Positions 1-9,949 of a stretch of 64,000 bases of DNA are shown here, piece after piece (position 1 is the stretch's first letter; every line of letters starts with the position of its first letter). This DNA is from Limisphaerales bacterium (GTDB lineage: Bacteria > Verrucomicrobiota > Verrucomicrobiia > Limisphaerales > SIBE01), in contig JBGAIN010000016.1 in NCBI GenBank assembly GCA_044225505.1, positions 1-64,000 of the forward strand. Reading direction: 5' to 3'. The position numbers and the translations under genes are program-made. The notes below the pieces were generated by a model. That model saw only the letters and a list, made by a program, of their open reading frames with translations, made no database searches and was not told the origin of the DNA.

Positions 1-225
1 CGCAGCCAGTTGATACTGGCTTTGTCGGACGACGAAGGGGCAACCTGGCGTTGGAAGAGGGCGGTCGAGAGCCGGCCGGGAGGGCGCTTTCATTACCCGT
101 CGATGCTCCAGACTCGAGATGGGCGTCTCCAGTTGACCTACACGTTTCAGCCTGAGGATGAACGGCACCGGTCGATTAAGCACGTGGCCTTGGACGTCGA
201 CTGGGTCAAGGTGACACCGCCATGA
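1..225 (+). CDS. Exo-alpha-sialidase / BNR (Asp-box) repeat protein, 3' part (truncated by window start)
   Basis: Asp-box SDDEGATW, then YPSMLQTRDGRLQLTYT and IKHV, typical of the GH33/BNR_2 C-terminus. Confidence 0.75.
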   Translation, partial: RSQLILALSDDEGATWRWKRAVESRPGGRFHYPSMLQTRDGRLQLTYTFQPEDERHRSIKHVALDVDWVKVTPP

Positions 226-262
226 CCTACGCCGGTGCGCCGCGCATCGAGAATCGGATCTT

Positions 263-1045
263 TTGAAAAAATCTAAGATCATTGGAATTATTCCGGCCCG
301 CTACGCGTCGACGCGCCTGCCCGGAAAAGCTCTCGCACCCATTCTTGGCAAGCCGATGGTGTTGCATGTGCTGGAACGGGGGCGAGGCGCTTCGGTCCTG
401 GACGAGGTATGGGTGGCAACGGACGACCAGCGCATCCGCGCTGCAGTCGAGGAGGGTGGGGGACGCGCCATCATGACGTCCGCGCAGCATCCGAGCGGAA
501 CGGACCGGCTTGCCGAGGTCGCGCATACTCTCTCCGCCGATATCATCGTCAATATCCAGGGTGACCAACCATTTCTCGATCCCCGGATGATCGATGAGGC
601 CGTGCGACCACTCTTGGACGAACCGGCGCTGCCGATGGCCACTTTGATGCACCCCCTGTCGCGGGACGAGGATCTAGCCAATCCGAATGTGGTCAAAGTG
701 GTGGTCGATCGCCAAGGCAATGCGCTCTATTTTTCGCGGTCGCTCATCCCGTATCCTCGACAGCAAGTGGCGCATGTTGTTTACGAACACGTCGGACTCT
801 ACGTGTATCGGCGAGATTTCTTACTGACCCTCGCTAAGCTGCCGCCGACCACGCTTGAACAAGTCGAGTCGCTCGAACAGTTGCGCGTTTTGGAGCATGG
901 ATATCGGCTCCGGGTTGTCGAAACCAAGACCGCGGACCATGCGTTCAGTGGTTTCAGCGTCGATACGCCCGAGGATCTGCAGCGAGCGGAACAGATGCTG
1001 CGCGATCGCCAGCTTGGCTCCGCCAATTCTCTTCCAAATGCATGA
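263..1045 (+). CDS. kdsB: 3-deoxy-manno-octulosonate cytidylyltransferase (CMP-Kdo synthetase)
   Basis: IIPARYASTRLPGK, VATDD, HPSGTDR, NIQGDQP, ALYFSRSLIPY, LEQVESLEQLRVLE, SVDTPED. Confidence 0.93.
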   Translation: MKKSKIIGIIPARYASTRLPGKALAPILGKPMVLHVLERGRGASVLDEVWVATDDQRIRAAVEEGGGRAIMTSAQHPSGTDRLAEVAHTLSADIIVNIQGDQPFLDPRMIDEAVRPLLDEPALPMATLMHPLSRDEDLANPNVVKVVVDRQGNALYFSRSLIPYPRQQVAHVVYEHVGLYVYRRDFLLTLAKLPPTTLEQVESLEQLRVLEHGYRLRVVETKTADHAFSGFSVDTPEDLQRAEQMLRDRQLGSANSLPNA

Positions 1046-2265
1046 CTCTGGACACTCAATTGCTGGCTGCGCTTGAAGCGGACCTGCCGAAGGGCACTCG
1101 AGGACGGTTGGAGACGGCGGTCGAGCGGGTGGTTGCGGCCAAACAACGCGGGCAGAGAGTGGTGGTAGTTACCGGGAGTGGACCGAACGTCCATGAAGGC
1201 GTCACCACATTGTTGGCCGAGTTGATGCGCGTGGGATTGATTGACGGGGTGACCACCAGTTCCGCCGTTGTCTCTCACGAGATGGGAGGGACTCTCGATC
1301 AAGTGAAGCGCTGTCCTGGGGCTCCACTAGGGATTCCAGCTTACTTGCTCCCGCGCGGCGGCGAGTTTGAACTCACGTTGATGAGCGATGCCGCCTTGCG
1401 CGAGATGACCCGCGAGATGCCTCTGGACTTAGGCTTGATCGAACGTCTCCAACAGGCGCCGGGCAAGACTATCATCAAGGCCGCGGGTAATCTCGGTTAT
1501 CCCATGGGGCTTTGGCTAGAGCGGCTTTCATTGGAGATTCTGGCGTTGGCGCGAGCGCACGGTCGAACCTTCGAGGAAGTTGCCGGGTTGGGCGCCGATC
1601 CGCGCACGATGATCGGTGCCGGGGTGCGCCGAGGGGTTCCTGTGCTAGTCTCAATTCCACAACTGATTGGCGGTGGAATGGTGGGGCTCTGCATTGGGGA
1701 TAGCATCAGTCTCATGGAACGAGCGAACCGTCTGGCGCGGCTTCTGGCTGACGCCTCGGTCATCATCGAGTCCGCTGTGGCGTTGACCCAAGAGATTCAC
1801 GACGGGCCGTTTGAAACCTACACCGGTCATGGCTTGTGGGCTGGGTGGCAGGATCATTTCACCTACACCCTTGAGGGGAAGAGCCTGATCCGAATGGATC
1901 TTGATCCGGCCTTGGAGCAGGTCTGGGAAATGGAGCGGGGAGGCGGTGCGGTGCAGAAGGCCATTGCTGACGGGTTGCCAAAGACGAAGCTGTTCAAAGT
2001 CCCATTTCGAATGGAGATGTCCGGCTTTGCGCGGCACGAGGGCAGCCTGCCGCTCATTGGTGATGTGGGTGTGCTCTGGCCTTTGCTCGCCTGGAAATGC
2101 GCCAAAGCGCTCGATCTCAAGCTCGAGTTTCTTTCTTATCCTCAACAATCGGCCTCAGGACAGGCCATGCGAGAGCTGATTGTCCGGGAAGTGCGACACA
2201 TAAACCGCGCGATGATGTTGGAGAGTTTGCGCACTCCCGCTGACAGCCCGCGGCCGAATGGTTAA
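1042..2265 (+). CDS. Deoxyhypusine-synthase-like (DHS fold) protein of unknown function
   Basis: VVVVTGSGPNVHEGVTTLLAELMRVGLIDGVTTSSAVVSHE and C-terminal LIGDVGVLWPLL resemble DHS/homospermidine synthase segments; ATGA overlap with kdsB stop. Confidence 0.55.
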   Translation: MTLDTQLLAALEADLPKGTRGRLETAVERVVAAKQRGQRVVVVTGSGPNVHEGVTTLLAELMRVGLIDGVTTSSAVVSHEMGGTLDQVKRCPGAPLGIPAYLLPRGGEFELTLMSDAALREMTREMPLDLGLIERLQQAPGKTIIKAAGNLGYPMGLWLERLSLEILALARAHGRTFEEVAGLGADPRTMIGAGVRRGVPVLVSIPQLIGGGMVGLCIGDSISLMERANRLARLLADASVIIESAVALTQEIHDGPFETYTGHGLWAGWQDHFTYTLEGKSLIRMDLDPALEQVWEMERGGGAVQKAIADGLPKTKLFKVPFRMEMSGFARHEGSLPLIGDVGVLWPLLAWKCAKALDLKLEFLSYPQQSASGQAMRELIVREVRHINRAMMLESLRTPADSPRPNG

Positions 2266-2291
2266 CGATTTGTGATCACGCGTCGCTGATA

Positions 2292-3842
2292 ATGTCTCTT
2301 CATTTGACCGACCTGCTGATCATCGCCATCTATTTCGTGGCGATGGCTTGGATCGGCGCCCGGGCTGCCCGTCGTGCCCAAACGAGCGAAGGATATTTTG
2401 TTGGCAATCGTTCTTATCCCGGATGGGTGGTGGGAATCTCGTTATTTGGAGCCCAGATCAGCTCCATCACATTCGTCGCCTATCCTGCCGACGCATTTAA
2501 GACCGCTTGGTTGCGATACTTGATCTGTCTGACCTTGCCTATCGGCGTTTGGCTGGCCGCGCGGTTCCTATTGCCGGTTTTTCGTCAGCATCAGGTAACT
2601 TCGCTTTTCGAGTATTTGGAATGGCGCTTTGGACCGAGTACGCGTGTTTATGGAGCGAGCGTTTTTATTGTATCCCAATGCATTCGGATCAGTCTCATCC
2701 AATACCTGGTGGCGCTGCTGATGCATACGCTCACGGGCTGGAATGTTTCCGTGTGTATCCTGTTAGGCGGTGCGTTCACGGCGTACTACACGATCATGGG
2801 GGGGTTAGAAGCTGTGATTTGGACGGACGTGGTTCAGTCCTTTCTGTTGACTGCGGGGGGGTTGCTGATCCTCGGCACGATCGTCTGGAAATTGCCCGGC
2901 GGTATGGGACAGCTCCTGTCGGTGGGATGGACGGAGGGCAAGTTCGCATTTAGCGAAACGGGCGCGAACGGGCAAGCACACTCTATCCCTTGGGGCATAT
3001 CGTTGAGTCACAAGACGGTGCTGATGTTGCTCCTCGTCGGTATTGTCCAATGGCTGACCGATTACACGACCAACCAGGAAGTCGTGCAGCGCTATTGTGC
3101 GGCCCAGTCCCAACGCGACGCGGACCGCGCGATGTGGGTCTGCTGTTGGTCCTGTTTGCCAACCTGGGCCTATTTCATGTTGGTCGGAACCGGTCTCTAT
3201 GTTTTCTACCAAGTCTTTCCGGACCCCCAGGCCAAGGAAATGCTGACTGGCACTCGTAAAGCCGAAGAGATTCTTCCATTCTTTGTCACCCGTCAACTCG
3301 GCCCAGGATTTACGGGGTTGGTCATTGCGGCGGTGCTTGCCGCGGCGATGTCCAGCATGTCGTCGGCGATGAATTCCATCGCGGCCGTGTTGATCACGGA
3401 TATTTACCGGCGGCATTGGAAGAAGTCAGCGATAGAAGCGCACTACGTGAGGGCGGCAAAGCGGGTCACCCTAGGCAGCTCGGTCATCATGATCGGCGGC
3501 GCCTACCTTTTATTCCGATCGGAGACCAAAACACTGCAGCATCTTTGGACGGAGTTTCAATCCATTCTCGCCGGCGGGCTTTTAGGCTTGTTTGTGCTCG
3601 GGTTTATTGGCCCTCGCGGTCACGAAAGGGCGGTCGGTGTCGGCATCGGCTGCGCCATCTTATTTTCAGCCTGGGTTTCCGGCCGGGAGCTCGGCTGGAT
3701 TCCAATGGCGTGGCCCTGGAAGTGGGCGGCTGGGTTTGACAGCTACTATGCCGGAATTGTTGGTAACGCTCTGACTTTCGCGATTGGCTACACGCTGACC
3801 CAACTCTGGCCTGGCCCCGCCAAGCGTCCGTCCCTAGGCTGA
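2292..3842 (+). CDS. Sodium:solute symporter (SSS family, SiaT-like clade)
   Basis: About 13 TM segments; YFVGNRS, ISSITFVAYP, GGLEAVIWTDVVQ, QEVVQRY, AAAMSSMSSAMNS. Confidence 0.9.
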   Translation: MSLHLTDLLIIAIYFVAMAWIGARAARRAQTSEGYFVGNRSYPGWVVGISLFGAQISSITFVAYPADAFKTAWLRYLICLTLPIGVWLAARFLLPVFRQHQVTSLFEYLEWRFGPSTRVYGASVFIVSQCIRISLIQYLVALLMHTLTGWNVSVCILLGGAFTAYYTIMGGLEAVIWTDVVQSFLLTAGGLLILGTIVWKLPGGMGQLLSVGWTEGKFAFSETGANGQAHSIPWGISLSHKTVLMLLLVGIVQWLTDYTTNQEVVQRYCAAQSQRDADRAMWVCCWSCLPTWAYFMLVGTGLYVFYQVFPDPQAKEMLTGTRKAEEILPFFVTRQLGPGFTGLVIAAVLAAAMSSMSSAMNSIAAVLITDIYRRHWKKSAIEAHYVRAAKRVTLGSSVIMIGGAYLLFRSETKTLQHLWTEFQSILAGGLLGLFVLGFIGPRGHERAVGVGIGCAILFSAWVSGRELGWIPMAWPWKWAAGFDSYYAGIVGNALTFAIGYTLTQLWPGPAKRPSLG

Positions 3843-4002
3843 TTTTGTCTTGCCTGAGGGATCGAGCCCGTCGAAGCTTGGCTCGCGCTGGCTCTGGGCC
3901 TCACCGTCCATTGGTCTGTCGGAGGAACTTGGTCATGACTCAGAAAGAGCGGCAATCTCATGCGTTTGCAGTTCGGAGACAAACCATCATCGGATTCATA
4001 CT

Positions 4003-6696
4003 ATGCGTCGTATTCTCAGATCGATCGGAGCTGCTGTCTTGTTCAGCCATTGGGTCGCGGGAGTTTCACCCCTGGCAGTCGCTGGGACTTTCAAACACAT
4101 TACCATCGACGGAAACTTCTCGGATTGGGCAGGTGTTCCCGTTGCTTATTCTGACCCGTCCGAAGAAGGTGCTAATGCGGGAACGGATTTCAAGACGGTT
4201 TGGATCGCGCACGACTCGGACTATGTCTTTGTCCGGGTGGGGTTCTACAATACCGGGTCTCTGCTGCGCTCGCAGAACAACGTGTTCATCAATGCCGATG
4301 GCGACTCCGCAACGGGCTATGGTGCGCATGGCACAGGATCGGAGTTGCTGATTCAGGGGGGAGTGGGTTACCAGGAAAAGAACGGCACGTTCAATGACGG
4401 TAACTTAATCGCGGACCTAGGTTGGTCTGCGGCGCCGACGGGGTCCGCAGGAGAATTTGAGTTTCGCATTTCTCGCCACGCCAAGTATGACGACGGCACC
4501 CCGGTGTTCACGAGCGAGACGATTGCGATCCTGCTGGAAACGGAGAACCCGAATTTCGGCGAGGTCGATATCGCGAAGGATGATGGCCCGATTGAGTACA
4601 CGTTGACGGCCGCCCCGCCACACGCCAGCGGAACGGTGCAGCTCGTTGCCCTGACGGCGGCGAATTGGCAATTCAACCGGTCTGGAACCGAGCCAGCGTC
4701 CGAATGGCGGGAGCCTGGCTTCGATGACTCGCAAGGAGGGTGGGAGTCCGGGCGGGCCTTATTTGGGAAAACCGCGGATCCTTCAGTTTACCCGGCACCT
4801 GTCGTGACGCCTCTGACCGAGAAAGTCACCACGTTCTACTTGCGAGCGAAATTCAATTGGGACAAGGACTCGGACGGGCTCAGTTTGGTGGCCTCGAATA
4901 TCCTGAGCGATGGAGCCTTGGTGTGGCTGAACGGTGCAGAAGTGGCTCGAGTTCGCCTTGCTGCGGGTGCGATCTCGGCCGCAACACTGGCCTCAGGAGT
5001 CAACCCGCGTCCGGGGTCGGTTGAGATTATCGATGTTCCAGCGAGCGCCTTGGTCGTCGGTGAAAACATTCTCGCCGTGGAGCTGCACCGCCAGGCTGCG
5101 GACGCGAGCGAGCTGGTCTTTGGACTCTCTTTGCTAGCCAGTGATGCTTTGCCAGTCGCGATTCTAGAGCCGAGTGCTCCGCGCACGTTGACCGTGGATG
5201 AAGGCGCGCCCGCGACCCTTGCCGTCACGGTCCGCGGAACTGAACCGATTACCTATCAGTGGTTCAAAGGGAACGCTACGATCATCGGTGCGACCAATGC
5301 CACGTTTAAGATCGACCAGGTGACCGTGCAAGATGCGGGCGATTACACCGTGAAAGTGGGCAATGCCGTGATTCAGAACGTCGTGAGCCCTGCCATCACG
5401 TTGACGACACGCGCCATTCCAGTGACTCTTACCGACCCCAAGCTGCCTGCTGACCTAACCGTTACGGCGGGTGAAACGGCTCGATTTACCGTCAGCCTGG
5501 CTGGTTCCGAACCGATCGCGGTTCAATGGTTCAAAGATGGAGTAGCGCTTGGCGCCGCTACCAACCAGGTCTATGAAATCCCGGTTGCGCTGGCGTCGGA
5601 TGCGGGCCAGTACACGGTCGTCGTGAGCAACCGCGTCACGGCCCCGTTGACCAGCCGCACGGCCCTCCTGACCGTCAATACGGACCGTGTTCCTCCAACG
5701 TTGCTGGCGGTGTCGGGTGGCGGACGACGCATCTCGCTCAAGTTCTCGGAGGCGGTGGACGCGGCATCGGTAACTCCCGCCAATTTCGTCATTACTCCTT
5801 CCCTCGCGGTCAGCACTGCCCAGCTGAGCGCCGATGACGGCGCGCTCGTTATTCTCGAGACAGCTCGGGCGCAGCTTGGGACCGTTTACACGGTGGCCGT
5901 TTCCAACGTCAAAGATCGATTTGCCAATGTGATTGGCTCCGGCTCGGCGAAGTCCTTCCGGGCTACGATCCAGATCGACGGTGATTTTTCGGACTGGGAA
6001 GGCGTGGAAGTGGTCACCTCGGATCCCGACGATGCCGGGCCTGAAACCGGCGCCCATGCGGACTTCAAAGACGTGTCGATTGCCAGCGACAATGATTTTG
6101 TCTATCTCCATTTCACCCTCTGGCGTGCGGGCGATCCGTTCATTTTCTACAACAACATTTTTGTTGATGCCGACAATGATGTGACAACGGGGTACGCATT
6201 CAACGGGCTTGGCTCGGAACTGTTGATTCAGGGTGGCGGCGGCTACGAGCAGAAGGCGGGCGTCTTTAATGACGGCGCGGTGAACGACCTCGATTGGCTG
6301 GCGTTTCCCGAGGCGCCCGGCACGGAGTTTGAGGTGCGCTTCTCGCGCAAGGCCCAGTATGCAGATGCGGACGCCGGCGGTTCGGTGTTCAAGTCGGATA
6401 CTATCGCCCTCGTGCTCGAAAGCGAGAACAATGGTTTCCAGGCGAAAGATACCGCTCCCGACAACGGAAGTGGCGTGATCGTGCACACGCTCAAGAATTA
6501 CGAAGTGACCGAATTGGGCCCCTTAAGCGCCGTTCGGACGGCGACTGGCATCCGGATCACCTGGACAGGAGCAGCGAAACTGCAGGCCACCGGCTCGTTC
6601 AGTCCGGTGCAATGGCAAGACGTCCCCAATGCCAGCAGCCCATTTGACGCCACGCCGACCCCTACCCAGACTTTTTACCGGTTGGTGCCGCGGTGA
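4003..6696 (+). CDS. Secreted multidomain protein: duplicated 'IDGxFSDW' domain, jelly-roll domain, two Ig-like domains, Big-like domain, C-terminal FYRL domain
   Basis: Likely ATG at 4003 (MRRILRS signal peptide); Ig motifs YQWFKG..DAGDYTV and VQWFKDG..DAGQYTV; two copies of GSELLIQGGxGY; ends TFYRLVPR. Confidence 0.8.
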   Translation: MRRILRSIGAAVLFSHWVAGVSPLAVAGTFKHITIDGNFSDWAGVPVAYSDPSEEGANAGTDFKTVWIAHDSDYVFVRVGFYNTGSLLRSQNNVFINADGDSATGYGAHGTGSELLIQGGVGYQEKNGTFNDGNLIADLGWSAAPTGSAGEFEFRISRHAKYDDGTPVFTSETIAILLETENPNFGEVDIAKDDGPIEYTLTAAPPHASGTVQLVALTAANWQFNRSGTEPASEWREPGFDDSQGGWESGRALFGKTADPSVYPAPVVTPLTEKVTTFYLRAKFNWDKDSDGLSLVASNILSDGALVWLNGAEVARVRLAAGAISAATLASGVNPRPGSVEIIDVPASALVVGENILAVELHRQAADASELVFGLSLLASDALPVAILEPSAPRTLTVDEGAPATLAVTVRGTEPITYQWFKGNATIIGATNATFKIDQVTVQDAGDYTVKVGNAVIQNVVSPAITLTTRAIPVTLTDPKLPADLTVTAGETARFTVSLAGSEPIAVQWFKDGVALGAATNQVYEIPVALASDAGQYTVVVSNRVTAPLTSRTALLTVNTDRVPPTLLAVSGGGRRISLKFSEAVDAASVTPANFVITPSLAVSTAQLSADDGALVILETARAQLGTVYTVAVSNVKDRFANVIGSGSAKSFRATIQIDGDFSDWEGVEVVTSDPDDAGPETGAHADFKDVSIASDNDFVYLHFTLWRAGDPFIFYNNIFVDADNDVTTGYAFNGLGSELLIQGGGGYEQKAGVFNDGAVNDLDWLAFPEAPGTEFEVRFSRKAQYADADAGGSVFKSDTIALVLESENNGFQAKDTAPDNGSGVIVHTLKNYEVTELGPLSAVRTATGIRITWTGAAKLQATGSFSPVQWQDVPNASSPFDATPTPTQTFYRLVPR

Positions 6697-7697
6697 CGCG
6701 ACGGGGCATGCACCGTATCGTCTGCTTGGCCCTCACGGGTCTCATGTTGCGGGGAGCACCGCTGGCTCTTGGGGAAGGTCTCGCGTTACTTGTCCCGGCC
6801 TATTTTGAGCCGAAGTCCGGTGAGTGGGAGCGCCTGGCAGAGGCTGCCCGGCGCGTTCCGCTCGTCGCTATCGCGAATATTTTCAATGGTCCGGGTGGGC
6901 CTGAGGCGCCTCGCCCGGAGTATGTGCAAGCGATGCGAGGCGTTCGCGACGCGGGAGGCCAAGTGATCGCCTACGTCTACACGCAGTACGGCAAGCGGGC
7001 TAGTGAGGTCGTTAAGTCGGACATGGGACGCTGGCATGAAGGGTATCCCATCGATGGCTTTTTTGTCGACGAAATGGCCAACGACCTGACAACCGCTTCT
7101 CTGGAGTATTATGCCCAACTCCAGCGGTATGCCCGCGAACTTCACCCACGTTACCAAGTCGTGGGCAACCCCGGAACGAACACAGAAGAAGCGTACCTCA
7201 AACGTCCCGCGGCAGATGTTGTCGTCATTTTTGAACATCATACGGGTTATCCGGAGTTTGTCCCCGCGGCTTGGACGAAGCGATATCCGCGGACGCAGTT
7301 CGGCCATTTGACTTACGCGGTCCCTTCCACCGAAGTGATGACCAACTTTGTCCACCTGGCTGCGACGCGCAGAGCTGGATTTATCTACGTGACCGACGAC
7401 AGCGGGAACAATCCGTGGGATACGCTACCATCCTATTGGGAGGCTGAGCTTGCGACGTTAGAGCAGCTGAACCAGGCGGCGGCCCAGAGTGTTCGCGCCC
7501 AGTTGAGCTTGAGCAAGGCGACGGGTCCGATTCTTAGTCTCGTAGGGCAAGGTGCCGTGGGACGCCACGTATTGGAGTCGAGCTCCCCTCTGGGAGATTG
7601 GCGTGCCGTTCAGACGAATCTAACCAATACAGGGACGTCCACCTGGCAGATCTTAAATCTGCCACCCAACCGGTTTTTCCGGATGCGCCAGGATTGA
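6693..7697 (+). CDS. Spherulation-specific family 4 (spherulin-4 / GH135-like) glycoside hydrolase with C-terminal domain
   Basis: LLVPAYF, ANIFNGPG, VIAYVYTQYG, IDGFFVDE, VVGNPGT, VIFE, IYVTDD..NPWDTLPSYW; signal peptide; GTGA overlap with upstream gene (start may be 6708). Confidence 0.85.
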   Translation: MTRRGMHRIVCLALTGLMLRGAPLALGEGLALLVPAYFEPKSGEWERLAEAARRVPLVAIANIFNGPGGPEAPRPEYVQAMRGVRDAGGQVIAYVYTQYGKRASEVVKSDMGRWHEGYPIDGFFVDEMANDLTTASLEYYAQLQRYARELHPRYQVVGNPGTNTEEAYLKRPAADVVVIFEHHTGYPEFVPAAWTKRYPRTQFGHLTYAVPSTEVMTNFVHLAATRRAGFIYVTDDSGNNPWDTLPSYWEAELATLEQLNQAAAQSVRAQLSLSKATGPILSLVGQGAVGRHVLESSSPLGDWRAVQTNLTNTGTSTWQILNLPPNRFFRMRQD

Positions 7698-7734
7698 ATC
7701 GAAAAAGCACCGCTCTTCGGCTGGACTTTTCGGT

Positions 7735-7974
7735 TCAATGATTGCACTGCAAGTCTGCCCGGGTCTGAAACCCGTCGTCGCGAGGAACGAATTTGCCCTT
7801 GGCCTGAAGAAAATCGATCAACCCTTCTGGGGTGAGGTTCTGCGCTGAACAGGTATAGAAACGAGCGTTGGGACCAAAATTCGCTATAATATCCGAGAGC
7901 AAGGTCGGACGGGTGTAGACTTTGCCCGACTGCATCATCATGTCCATGACCGCGTGACCGTGGATTTGTTCCAT
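7735..7974 (-). CDS. yecH: YecH family (DUF2492) putative metal-binding protein
   Basis: IHGHAVMDMM...FGPNARFYTCSAQNLTPEGLIDFLQAKGKF...CNH. Confidence 0.85.
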   Translation of the reverse strand: MEQIHGHAVMDMMMQSGKVYTRPTLLSDIIANFGPNARFYTCSAQNLTPEGLIDFLQAKGKFVPRDDGFQTRADLQCNH

Positions 7975-8159
7975 CGCCCTAGTCTACCGGCTTCCGGCGG
8001 CGGGTAAACAACCGGTCGCGCCGGGGCTTGATATGGATCAAGGTTGCGCGCTTTCGGTTGGGATGAATTCCGGTGCTGATGCATCCGAAACCTCGGCCTC
8101 GGCGTCGGCGATAAGAACGTTCGCAACTGGTTTTGCAGTTACCCTCCCAGCGGCTTCCG

Positions 8160-9029
8160 TTAGAATTGATCGGAGTTGCGGGGGGCAAGGGCCAGCTTCA
8201 ACCGGCGAGCTTCTTCGAGCAATTGTCGCGCGCTCGTCAGAGTGTCCGGGTCGGCGCTTTGGACTGCCGGAAATGGCCGTTGCCGGATCTCGTCCGGGTC
8301 GCCCAGCCCAGTTTCTCGAAACTGACGGAGGCGCTCGAGGATCAAGTCCCGGATTTCCGGAGCGTTATCGACCCCGCGGAAGATCCCGGTATGCATGTTG
8401 GGGCCTTGTTGCCCGTGGGGATCGCCGCCGCCACCACCTCCCGCCGATTGCACCCGCAGATCGGCAATGCCGAAAAACCGCTGCAACGGTCCTTGGGAGA
8501 CGGTGACTTGCTGGAGATTGGCAAAGCTCATCGTCATTTCCTCGACTTTCCATAGCCCGCTACGGATGCGCAGACTTCGGTCGGTGACCATGTACCAGCG
8601 CATTTCGTAGTCCAGGCGGATCGCGGTGTAGGTGACGGCAATCTGGCCAAGATAAACAACCAAGCTCAGTCCTTTCACAATCCAGATCGGCAAGAATATC
8701 CACATCGGGACGCGTCCCGCCACGTCTTCAAACGCTTGGGCAAACGACCGGTGCTTTCCCGGCTTCAAAGGTCGTTGGGCCCGTCTTTGCTGCCTCGCTT
8801 CCTGGTGCGCCTTTTGCGCTTCGTGCTCGGTCGCTAGCACCACGGTCATCCAGAAGATGATTGCGGCCAAGGCCAGGAATTGGGTGACGCTCCAGCCCAC
8901 CAGTCGCAGCTGGAAAAGTTTACGGCTGGCGCGGAAGACGCGAACTGAGGTGGGCGCTCCAAACGGCGGGTCCGGCTCGGCAGGAACGCGCAGCAGCCGC
9001 AAGACGCGGTGGCGAATCCAGTCAAACAC
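8160..9029 (-). CDS. Membrane protein with bacterial PH domain (bPH_2)
   Basis: Two TM segments, then YMVTDRSLRIRSGLW...NLQQVTVSQGPLQRFFGIADLRVQSAGG. Confidence 0.8.
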   Translation of the reverse strand: MFDWIRHRVLRLLRVPAEPDPPFGAPTSVRVFRASRKLFQLRLVGWSVTQFLALAAIIFWMTVVLATEHEAQKAHQEARQQRRAQRPLKPGKHRSFAQAFEDVAGRVPMWIFLPIWIVKGLSLVVYLGQIAVTYTAIRLDYEMRWYMVTDRSLRIRSGLWKVEEMTMSFANLQQVTVSQGPLQRFFGIADLRVQSAGGGGGGDPHGQQGPNMHTGIFRGVDNAPEIRDLILERLRQFRETGLGDPDEIRQRPFPAVQSADPDTLTSARQLLEEARRLKLALAPRNSDQF

Positions 9030-9579
9030 CGGGAGCGCCTCCTTTCTTTATAGACTGTTTAGCCTCAAGAATCTCTCGAATCCCGCGCAACTCGGATGTG
9101 ACTTCCCGCAGGATGGACGCCAACTCCGAGCTCGGCTCACCCGTTCGAGAGGGTCCTTCCAACGCTGGCCGATGGGCGGCATCTTTGACTCCTCGCATCT
9201 TGGAGTAGAGAAAATCCCGGACGGCTTCAAACTCTTTTATCCCTTCGATCGTCATCTCGGCCGAGCTGCTGCCACTAGCGGTTTGCACCAAGATCCGCGA
9301 CAAACCGAGCCAGCGCTCGATGAGATTCGACTGGAGATGAATGTCTTGGATCCGGGCGTAATTCAGGATGATCTCCCGGCGGAAGAGAATGCCCCATTTC
9401 ATGGAAATGCCTTCATCCGTGAACCGATACCGCATGGTGTGGTATCTGAAATAGGCAGGGATCACCAAAATCGGAAACAAAGGCGGAATCACGAGAGACC
9501 GGAGCAGGTAATAGGTCCAAAGCGCTTTGTCCGGACGCTCAATCTTCAAGATGGCCAGATCAGATACGGAAGCGTTCAC
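9022..9579 (-). CDS. Membrane protein with bacterial PH domain (bPH_2)
   Basis: RYRFTDEGISMKWGILFRRE...RIQDIHLQSNLIERWLGLSRILVQTASG; probable GTG start at 9579 after a GGAGGG RBS; overlaps the next bPH_2 gene. Confidence 0.8.
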   Translation of the reverse strand: MNASVSDLAILKIERPDKALWTYYLLRSLVIPPLFPILVIPAYFRYHTMRYRFTDEGISMKWGILFRREIILNYARIQDIHLQSNLIERWLGLSRILVQTASGSSSAEMTIEGIKEFEAVRDFLYSKMRGVKDAAHRPALEGPSRTGEPSSELASILREVTSELRGIREILEAKQSIKKGGAPGV

Positions 9580-9949
9580 GCGTGTCAGCCCTCCCCATCC
9601 AGCTGCCGAGCAGCGGTGGATTTGTCGCACTAGCGACGTCATCGTTCAGAGTTCGTGAGGCCGAAGGTAGCAGTGGAACCTTGAACAATCCATATAAAAC
9701 CTGTCCCCAAGTCGCTGCGACGGTCGTGCTCTGCGCAGTCCACTCCCAAACTGCTTGATCCTGCCTGGAGCGTGAACGTTGAGAGCAAATTGCGCTCGTT
9801 CCGCGTTTCTAGCAGGGTAAAGGTCTCTGGGTGGACCGCGCGAATAGTCGGACGCGGATGACCGGGGGAGCTACGAGCGATGGCGTGCCCTAGTCGACCT
9901 GAACACTGGCCATGGTTTGGCACATCGCTGACAATCTCTGCGTTCACCT

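Noticed and set aside
7698..7734. Bidirectional terminator between convergent genes
   Set aside because: A- and T-tracts flank only a weak, mismatched stem.
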